NCBI GenBank assembly: GCA_963814585.1 | Contig: CAWFDF010000003.1 | Coordinates: 384,001-448,000, forward strand | Reading direction: 5' to 3' | DNA from: an uncultured delta proteobacterium | Lineage (GTDB): Bacteria > Myxococcota > Myxococcia > Myxococcales > Anaeromyxobacteraceae | Length of the DNA stretch: 64,000 nt | Shown: one piece after another, positions 57,446-64,000 of the stretch | How positions within the stretch are numbered: position 1 is the stretch's first letter | Layout of the letters: each line of letters begins with the position of its first letter | Program-made: the position numbers and the translations under genes | Notes under the pieces: model-generated | The model's database searches: none | What the model was told of the DNA's origin: nothing | The model's input: only the letters and a program-made list of their open reading frames with translations

Positions 57446-57615
57446 TGCCGCGCCCAGGCAAGATGACGTGACGAGAGAGCCGAGACCGAAGCGAGGCTGG
57501 CGCCGAGGAGCAGCGGAAGCGTAGCAGCGCTACGCTGAGCAGCGGACCGACGAGGCCGCCTGCCGCAGCGAGAGGATCGGCCTCGCAGGGCATCTTGCCT
57601 GGGGCGCGGCACTGG
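57442..57615. mobile_element. MITE-like long palindromic element (~174 bp)
   Basis: Left CTAG-TGCCGCGCCCAGGCAAGATG, right CATCTTGCCTGGGGCGCGGCA-CTGG (terminal IR with one indel); central AGCGTAGC-AGC-GCTACGCT. Confidence 0.7.
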
Positions 57616-57670
57616 TGCCCGACCCACCGTCCCGCTGGCTTCCCACCGGGAGCGCGGTTAGATGGATGCC

Positions 57671-58054
57671 ATGTCCAGCGCCCTCACCGACGGCATCCGC
57701 GTCGAGGTCCGCAGCGACTTCCGCCCGGAGCGCTCCGAGCCCCGGCAGCGGCGCTGGCTCTTCAGCTACACCGTGACCATCCGCAACGAGGGGCCCGCGC
57801 CGGCGCAGCTGGTCTCGCGACGGTGGATCATCACCGACGGCGCCGGCCGGCGCGAGGAGGTCGAGGGCGAGGGCGTGGTGGGACGCCAGCCCAGGCTCGA
57901 GCCCGGACAGGCCTTCGAGTACACCAGCTTCTGCGTCCTCCCCACCAGCCACGGCTCGATGCGCGGCAGCTACCGGATGGTGCGGGAGGGCGGTGACTCC
58001 TTCGACGCCGAGATCGCGCCGTTCTCGCTGGTGGTCCCCGGCACCCTCAACTGA
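57671..58054 (+). CDS. apaG: ApaG protein
   Basis: FSYTVTIRNEG, QLVSRRWIITD, GEGVVGRQP, FEYTS, GSMRGSY. Confidence 0.95.
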   Translation: MSSALTDGIRVEVRSDFRPERSEPRQRRWLFSYTVTIRNEGPAPAQLVSRRWIITDGAGRREEVEGEGVVGRQPRLEPGQAFEYTSFCVLPTSHGSMRGSYRMVREGGDSFDAEIAPFSLVVPGTLN

Positions 58055-58070
58055 GCCCGGCGGCGCCTCG

Positions 58071-58886
58071 CTACCAGTACTTCTCCACGTGGATCTGGCC
58101 AGGGTGGCCCTTCGCGTGGACGGCGAACCCCTCGCCGGTGAGCAGCGCGGTCATGCCCTCGGCCATGGCCGGGCTGCCGCACAGGAAGACGTGGGTGTCC
58201 CCCGCCGTCGGCTTCCGGCCGAAGGCGCGCTCCAGCGCCCCGTCCTGCCAGAGCGACTGGACGTGCCCGGTGGCCCCGCCCCACGCGGTCGGCTCCTCCT
58301 TGGGCCGGCTCACGATGGGCAGGTAGGTGAAGTTGGGGCAGACCCGGGCCAGGGTGGTCAGCTCGCCGGTGTAGCCGAGGTCCCACGAGTGGCGCGCGCC
58401 GACCAGCACGGCGAAGCGGCGCTTCGGGTTGGCGGTGATCCCGGCCCGCAGCATGCTCATGTACGGCGCCAGGCCGGTGCCGGTGGCCACCATCACCACG
58501 TCCTGGTCGGCCGGCACCTCGGCCAGCGTGAAGAGGCCGGTGATCTTGGGCCCCAGCCAGAGACGCGCTCCCGGCTGGAGGGCGAAGAGGCGCGGCGTCA
58601 GCTCGCCGGAGCGGACCAGCGTGAGGAAGAGCTCGAGGTGCTCGCCGGGGAGCGAGGGCGAGGCGATGGAGTAGGCGCGCCGGATGAAGCGCTCGGGATC
58701 GGCCCCCGCCTCCTCCGGATCGGCGCTGGGCGTGCGCGGCGCCGAGGCCGGGAGCCCGATCACCGCGAACTGGCCGGACTGGAAGGTGGGCACCGGGCCG
58801 GACTCGGGGGCGATGCGGAGCACCATCAGCCCGGGGGCGAGATCGATGCGCTGCGTGACCACGGCGTTCAGGTCGATCTTCTTCAA
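58071..58886 (-). CDS. fpr: Ferredoxin/flavodoxin-NADP+ reductase
   Basis: FQSGQF, RRAYSIAS, ATGTGLAPY, FLCGSPAM; C-terminal HVEKYW. Confidence 0.9.
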   Translation of the reverse strand: MKKIDLNAVVTQRIDLAPGLMVLRIAPESGPVPTFQSGQFAVIGLPASAPRTPSADPEEAGADPERFIRRAYSIASPSLPGEHLELFLTLVRSGELTPRLFALQPGARLWLGPKITGLFTLAEVPADQDVVMVATGTGLAPYMSMLRAGITANPKRRFAVLVGARHSWDLGYTGELTTLARVCPNFTYLPIVSRPKEEPTAWGGATGHVQSLWQDGALERAFGRKPTAGDTHVFLCGSPAMAEGMTALLTGEGFAVHAKGHPGQIHVEKYW

Positions 58887-58924
58887 GGCGGAGTTCCTCC
58901 CAAGGGACGCACCGGGCGGCCAGG

Positions 58925-60040
58925 CTACTTGCGCAGCAGCTCGTCGAGCAGCTCCTGCTGGGTGACGATCTTCTGCCGGAGCATGATGCGCAGCAGGGCC
59001 GCGGCCACCTGCGACGGCTTCACCGGCAGCGGCACGTCCTCCTGCCCGGCCGCCAGGCGCTCCAGCGCGTCCAGCACCACGAGCTCCTTGGGCGTGAGCG
59101 GCCGTAGGCCGGCGCGCCCCTCGTCGTCGTCGTCCTGGAAGGCCACGGACGCAACCGCCGGGGGGACCGGGGCCAGGCCCCGACCGGGTCCAGGCACCGG
59201 TGTCTGCGCCGGCCTCGCCGGCGGCGGGGGCGCGGTGGCCTGCGCCGGCCTCGCCGGCGGCACGGGCGCGGTGGCCTGCGCCGGCCTCGCCGGCGGTGGG
59301 GGCGCCGGGTCCGGCGCCGGCCTCGCCGGCACGGTGGGGAAGGGGAAGGGCGTGAGGTCCAGCTCCTCGATCCGGTCACGCTGGCTGAAGCCGTCTCGAG
59401 GGACCGATCCGAACAGCTCGGCCCGCGCCTCCCTGACCGCCTCGCTGGGCGCCGCGGCGCTCCCCGCCGGGGCCTGAGGATCCCGCTCCATCTGCCTCAG
59501 GAGCAGCTCCGTCGAGCCGCCGCCGAACGGGTCGGCCAGCGGCGGCAGGAACTCGCCGCTCACCTCGTTGTCGAGGGAGATGGCCTCGAGCGGCTGCGAC
59601 TCGGCCGAGGGGTAGTGGATGCGGATGGCCTCGGCGATCTCCCGGTCGCCGCCGATGCAGACCTTCACCCGCCGGTTGGTGCGGAAGCGCAGCTCGTCGG
59701 AGAGGCCGAGGTTGGTCGGATCGGCCATCGCCACCGTGAGCGTGGTGTGATCGGCCGCCATCGGGAAGACGCTGTGGCGAACCGCGAAGTCCTTGCCGAC
59801 CAGCTTGAGCGCCGACTCCAGCGCGCGCGGCTCGAGCGAGTCCAGCCGGGCGACCTCGAACCTGAGCTTCCGGGCCAGCGCGTTGACGATGGCGGATTCG
59901 CTGGTGAGCTTGAGATCGAGCAGGGCCTGGCCGAGCCGGCCACCCCAGCGCCGCTGGTGTCCCAGCGCCGACTGGAGCATGGCCTCGTCGATCACGCCTG
60001 CCTCGATGAGCAGCTCTCCCAGCCGCTTCTTGGTCGACAT
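58925..60040 (-). CDS. Stand-alone GspE-N/MshEN-domain protein with Pro-rich linker
   Basis: KKRLGELLIEAGVIDEAMLQSALGHQ..RLGQAL; VAMADP; no ATPase domain. Confidence 0.85.
   Translation of the reverse strand: MSTKKRLGELLIEAGVIDEAMLQSALGHQRRWGGRLGQALLDLKLTSESAIVNALARKLRFEVARLDSLEPRALESALKLVGKDFAVRHSVFPMAADHTTLTVAMADPTNLGLSDELRFRTNRRVKVCIGGDREIAEAIRIHYPSAESQPLEAISLDNEVSGEFLPPLADPFGGGSTELLLRQMERDPQAPAGSAAAPSEAVREARAELFGSVPRDGFSQRDRIEELDLTPFPFPTVPARPAPDPAPPPPARPAQATAPVPPARPAQATAPPPPARPAQTPVPGPGRGLAPVPPAVASVAFQDDDDEGRAGLRPLTPKELVVLDALERLAAGQEDVPLPVKPSQVAAALLRIMLRQKIVTQQELLDELLRK
59204..59330 (-). repeat. 36-nt coding tandem repeat (~3.5 copies, PPPPARPAQATA-like)
   Basis: Core GCGCCGGCCTCGCCGGC recurs at a 36-nt period (about 59206, 59242, 59278, 59314). 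Confidence 0.85.
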
Positions 60041-60141
60041 CGGGCTCAATGTAGCGCCCCACCAGGGCCGGGTCGAGTGGTCGACCCCACGCGCCACCGC
60101 CGGCCGGGCCAGCGGGATGATATCGGCGCCGGCCGGTCCCG

Positions 60142-60600
60142 CTACTTGCCGCCCTCGGCGCGGGTGGCGATGGCCAGCCGCTGCAGCCCGAGCCGGCGGG
60201 CCAGGTCCATGACCTCCACCACCCGGCCGTGCGCCACCCCCTCGTCGGCCTGGACCAGCACCAAGGTGTCGGGGTTCCTCTCCGCCGAGGCGGTGAGCAT
60301 GGACCTCAGCTCCGGCTCGTCCACCACCTTGCCCCCCACCACCACCCGGCCGTCGGAGAGGATGGCGATGGAGAGGTCGCGCGCCGCCACCGCGTCGCCC
60401 TTGCCGCCCTTCGGCAAGGTCACCTTGAAGCCGCCCTTGTCGGCCCCGGCCTCGGTGATGGCGGTGGTGGTCACCATGAAGATGATGAGCAGGACCAGGA
60501 AGATGTCGGTGAGCGGCGTGATGTTGATGTCGGCGAAGATGGCCCCGTCGCCCTCCCCCTCGCCTTCCTGGCCGCCGCCGCTCGGGCCTCCCAGCGCCAC
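60142..60600 (-). CDS. ExbD/TolR family protein
   Basis: ADINITPLTDIFLVLLIIFMV, QADEGVAHGRVVEVMD. Confidence 0.93.
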   Translation of the reverse strand: MALGGPSGGGQEGEGEGDGAIFADINITPLTDIFLVLLIIFMVTTTAITEAGADKGGFKVTLPKGGKGDAVAARDLSIAILSDGRVVVGGKVVDEPELRSMLTASAERNPDTLVLVQADEGVAHGRVVEVMDLARRLGLQRLAIATRAEGGK

Positions 60601-60602
60601 GG

Positions 60603-61304
60603 TCAGCCCTCCCCGCCGGGCGCCCGGGCCGGCGCGCCGGCCCGGATGGCCGGCAGCAGCTCCTTCACCAGCTCAAGGTACTCCTCGGTGAGGAGCCGCA
60701 GCTGCAGGGTCAGCTTCTGCACGTGGGTGTTGAGCACGTTGAAGAGGACCACCGCCAGCACCGCGACGGCGATGCCGGCCGCGGTGGTGATGAGCGCCTC
60801 CGAGATGCCGGCCGACACCACCGCGAAGCCGCCCTGCCCGGTGTGCGCCATGTCGTGGAAGGCGTTCATGATGCCCACCACGGTGCCGAAGAGGCCGACG
60901 AAGGGCGCGGTGGCGCCGACGGTGCCGAGGATCCAGAGGCCGCGCCGCAGCCGCAGGTTGACCCGCTGCCGCTCCCGCTCCACCGCCGCCATCAGCCGCT
61001 CGGCGTTCGGCTCGGCAGCGGGCCGGCCCGCCAGCGATCCGCCCCTGGGCGAGAGGGCCACCAGCGCCGCCAGGAAGACCTCGGCGGCCGGCGAGGTGGA
61101 GCGCTCGCACTGGGCCCTTCCGTCGTCGAGGTCGCCGCGGAAGAGCGCGCGCCCCACCGCGTCGGCGAGCGACCGCGCCGAGTCGCCGAAGCCCCACAGG
61201 GCGATGGCTCGCTCGACCGCCGCGGCCACGGCGACGACCGAGCAGGCGATGATCACCCAGAGGGAGAGGCTCGTCTTGACGAGCTGGAGGAGGTTCTGGT
61301 CCAC
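60603..61304 (-). CDS. MotA/TolQ/ExbB proton-channel protein
   Basis: TAPFVGLFGTVVGIM, AGISEALITTAAG; GTG start at 61304. Confidence 0.93.
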   Translation of the reverse strand: MDQNLLQLVKTSLSLWVIIACSVVAVAAAVERAIALWGFGDSARSLADAVGRALFRGDLDDGRAQCERSTSPAAEVFLAALVALSPRGGSLAGRPAAEPNAERLMAAVERERQRVNLRLRRGLWILGTVGATAPFVGLFGTVVGIMNAFHDMAHTGQGGFAVVSAGISEALITTAAGIAVAVLAVVLFNVLNTHVQKLTLQLRLLTEEYLELVKELLPAIRAGAPARAPGGEG

Positions 61305-61336
61305 GATGGCTCCGAGGCGCGGCGGTGAGGGTGATC

Positions 61337-62134
61337 CTACGGCGCTGGGGTGTCGAGATCCACGACCCGGGCGCCAGCCGGGGGGCTCAAGCGGAAGAGG
61401 GCCGGGTCCACCGGCCCGTTGACCTCGAGGTCGCGCCAGTGGAGCGTGAGCGCCACCCCGGCCTCGGTGGAGCGCGCCGACAGGTCGGTGGGGAGGCGCT
61501 GGCCGGCGCGGGTGCGGTGGACCGAGAACTCGGCGTCCAGGCCGGCCGGGATCTCCCCGGCGCTGGTGAGGCGCCGGACCCGCGAGGCCAGCAGCGCGGC
61601 CCCGGGCCCGACCTCCAGCCGCTGCACCAGGTCGCCCTGCCGGAGCGTGAGCAGCACCAGGCCGTCGCCGGGCTCGGCCGCCACCGCCGCGCCGTCGAGG
61701 AGCGGCGCCGAGCCGCACAGCAGCGTCACCAGCGCCTCGGCCGGGAGCGGCACCGGCACCAGCCGGGCCAGGTTGGCCGGCGTGGCCGCACCCCGCTGGA
61801 AGATCCCCTGGCGGGCGTCGAAGAGCGCCAGGCGCCCGTCCTCCACCACCAGCACCGCCACCACGCTTCCGAAGAAGTCGTGCACCTCGACGCGCAGGCG
61901 TCCCGGCCGCTCGGCCACCAGGAACTGCTCCCCGCCGCCGGCGCCCCCGGGGCCGTCGAGGCCCACCCTGGCCCGCCCCTGCACGCTCACCACGCGGGCC
62001 TGCGCCGCCTTCACCTCGGCCAGCAGCGCCGCCGGATCGAGCGAGAGGTCGGGGGGCGGCCGCCGCGGGTGACAGGCCGCCAGCGCCAGCAGCGCGCCGG
62101 CGGCCACCAGCCGCGCCGAGGAGCGAGGCCTCAC
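61337..62134 (-). CDS. Lipoprotein of LolA/LolB-like fold (DUF4292-like)
   Basis: GTGA overlap with the upstream gene; LALAAC lipobox; ERPGRLRVEVHDFFG; VNGPVDPALFRL. Confidence 0.7.
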   Translation of the reverse strand: MRPRSSARLVAAGALLALAACHPRRPPPDLSLDPAALLAEVKAAQARVVSVQGRARVGLDGPGGAGGGEQFLVAERPGRLRVEVHDFFGSVVAVLVVEDGRLALFDARQGIFQRGAATPANLARLVPVPLPAEALVTLLCGSAPLLDGAAVAAEPGDGLVLLTLRQGDLVQRLEVGPGAALLASRVRRLTSAGEIPAGLDAEFSVHRTRAGQRLPTDLSARSTEAGVALTLHWRDLEVNGPVDPALFRLSPPAGARVVDLDTPAP

Positions 62135-63306
62135 GCCTGCTCCAGCGCCTGGGTGAGGTCGGCCAGCAGGTCGCCGGCGTCCTCCAGCCCCACCGAGACG
62201 CGCAGCAGGCCGCGATCGATCCCCTGCGCCGAGAGCTCGGCGTCGGTGGCGTTCCGGTGGGAGGAGATGACCGGGATGGAGGCGAGGCTCTCCACCCCGC
62301 CGAGCGACGAGGCCCGCGCCACGATGCGGAGCGCGTCGTGGACCCGGCAGCATGGCTCGAAGCCGCCCCGCACCGAGAGCGAGAAGACGCCGCCGCCGCC
62401 GCGCAGCTGCCGGCGCGCCAGGTCGTGGTCCGGGTGCGAGCGCAGGAACGGGTAGTGGACGCGGGCCACCCGGGGGTGGTGCTCCAGCGCGTCGGCCAGC
62501 CGCAGCGCGGTGGCGTTCTGCCGTTCGATGCGGATCTCCAGGGTCTTCATGCCGCGGATGAGGTCGTACGCCGCCGCCGGGTCCAGGGTCCCGCCGGCGG
62601 TCCGGCGCACCTCCAGAACCGGCGCCAGGGTGGCCTTGTTCCCGGCCACCACGCCGGCCAGGTGGTCGCAGTGGCCGTTCAGGTACTTGGTGGCGCTGTG
62701 GATGACCAGGTCGACGCCCAGCGTGGCCGGCCGGAGGTTGAACGGCGTGGCGAAGGTGGCGTCCACCATGGAGAGGATGCCGCGCTGCCGGCAGGCGCCC
62801 GCCACCGCGGCCACGTCCACGACCCGCAGGGTCGGGTTGGTGGGGGTCTCGAAGAGCAGCGCCCGGGTCCCCGGCGGCGCGGCGGCCGCGGCCGCCGCCA
62901 GCCCGTCGAGCGGCACCTCCACCACCTTCACGCCGAAGCGGGCGAGGAGGGTGCGGGCCAGGCGGGTGGTCTGCCCGTAGATGGTGTCGGCGATGAGGAG
63001 CGTGTCGCCGGCGCCGAGGTGGGCGATCAGCGCGGCGTGGATCGCCGCCATGCCGGAGGCGAAGAGGACGGCCTGCTCGGTCCCCTCCAGCAGCGCCACC
63101 TTCCGCTCGGCGGCGACGACGGTGGGGTTCTCCAGCCTGGAGTAGAGCCACTTCCCCTCGGGCGCGTCGAGGTAGGCGGCCGCGGCCGCCGCCGAGTCGA
63201 AGCGGTAGGTGGTGGTCTGGTAGATCGGCGTATTCACCGCCGGTACGGCCCAGACCCCGTCCTCGCCACCGTGGACCGCCAGGGTGCCGAGCTTCTCGTT
63301 GGCCAT
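62131..63306 (-). CDS. Cys/Met metabolism PLP-dependent enzyme (cystathionine gamma-synthase/lyase family)
   Basis: PIYQTTTY, YSRLENPT, FASGMAA, ETPTNP, HSATKYLNGH, SLGGVES, LRVSVGLE. Confidence 0.95.
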   Translation of the reverse strand: MANEKLGTLAVHGGEDGVWAVPAVNTPIYQTTTYRFDSAAAAAAYLDAPEGKWLYSRLENPTVVAAERKVALLEGTEQAVLFASGMAAIHAALIAHLGAGDTLLIADTIYGQTTRLARTLLARFGVKVVEVPLDGLAAAAAAAPPGTRALLFETPTNPTLRVVDVAAVAGACRQRGILSMVDATFATPFNLRPATLGVDLVIHSATKYLNGHCDHLAGVVAGNKATLAPVLEVRRTAGGTLDPAAAYDLIRGMKTLEIRIERQNATALRLADALEHHPRVARVHYPFLRSHPDHDLARRQLRGGGGVFSLSVRGGFEPCCRVHDALRIVARASSLGGVESLASIPVISSHRNATDAELSAQGIDRGLLRVSVGLEDAGDLLADLTQALEQA

Positions 63307-63352
63307 GTGGAGCTCTCCGAAGCGCCGGCGCCCCGGCGCCGGAGGGGGACGC

Positions 63353-64000
63353 TTAGAACAGGCGTGCCCGCTTGTCGAGCCACTCCCGGGCCTGGCGGCG
63401 CGCCACGGCCTGCTCCGGCTCCCACCCGGCGGCCTCTGGCGCGGCCAGCGCCTCGCCCAGCAGCCGCTCGAAGGCCGCCCGATCCTGCTCCAGCACCGCC
63501 AGCGTCCGGGCCTCCTCGATCCGCCGCCAGGGCTCCTCGGGGAAGAGCTGGGCGGCACGCGCGAAGTGCGATCGCGCCGACGCCACGCCGCCTCCAGCCG
63601 AGGCCGGCAGCATGGCCGACCAGGCGCCCATGGCCCGCAGCGGACCGCCCTGCTCCAGCCGCTCGTCGAGCAGCGCGGCCCGCGACATCAGGGCCAGGGC
63701 CGGGTCCTTCACCGCCAGCACCGCGGCCGGGCCGGTGCCCCGGGCCACGCCCATCCTCCCCAGCGCCAGCCAGTAGAGCGGCTCGGCGCCGGGCGCCTCC
63801 ACCAGCGCCGCCGCCTCGGCGATCGGCCGCCCCTCGTCCACCGCCGCCGCGAAGCCTGGCGAGAGCGTGCGCAGCGCCCGCTCGGCAGCGCGCGACGAGG
63901 CCTCGTGCGCCGCCAGGGCCTCGGCCGGGAGCTGGGCGGCCAGCGCGCGGAACCCCTCCCCGCGGGCCAGGCGCAGCTCGGCCTCCGGCGCCCCCGGGCG
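63353..64000 (-). CDS. TPR-like protein resembling the TRAP transporter TatT component; 5' end outside the window
   Basis: Helical; LYWLA, LLDERLEQGGP, GGGVASARSHFARA, EQAVARRQA..RLF. Confidence 0.6.
   Translation of the reverse strand, partial: RPGAPEAELRLARGEGFRALAAQLPAEALAAHEASSRAAERALRTLSPGFAAAVDEGRPIAEAAALVEAPGAEPLYWLALGRMGVARGTGPAAVLAVKDPALALMSRAALLDERLEQGGPLRAMGAWSAMLPASAGGGVASARSHFARAAQLFPEEPWRRIEEARTLAVLEQDRAAFERLLGEALAAPEAAGWEPEQAVARRQAREWLDKRARLF

Noticed and set aside
59204..59330. Regularly spaced ~36-nt repeats as a possible CRISPR array
   Set aside because: The units are contiguous without unique spacers, lie in frame within a Pro-rich linker, and no cas genes are present.

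Overview
Very GC-rich chromosomal window whose gene content (stand-alone MshEN/GspE-N proteins, many lipoproteins, orphan GroEL) suggests an Anaeromyxobacter-like member of the Myxococcota; this taxonomy is an inference. Bases 1-12.7 kb hold a sugar-utilisation locus: a divergent AraC regulator with a candidate 21-bp-period operator, three tandem lipoprotein GH3 genes, a beta-barrel porin and an EIIA-HPr-EI PTS fusion. The middle GH3 is an intact ORF that has lost essentially all active-site residues (apparent pseudoenzyme). Bases 31-41.5 kb hold an oxyanion regulator/porin pair and a complete phoB-phoR-porin-pstSCAB-phoU cluster, in which a composite GTGAC-N3-GTCAC-N6-GTCAC box recurs four times. 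Other highlights: a secreted thioredoxin-TPR gene with an in-frame TGA at the first Cys of its CxxC motif (WAPW-U-PTC, candidate selenoprotein); a one-gene islet flanked by a 79-bp duplication of the 3' end of a DTW gene; a ~174-bp MITE-like palindromic element; an internally deleted HAD remnant; and two genes with +1 frameshifts that may be assembly errors. No rRNA, tRNA, CRISPR array, integrase or transposase was recognised. All family calls are by motif recognition only; no searches were run.
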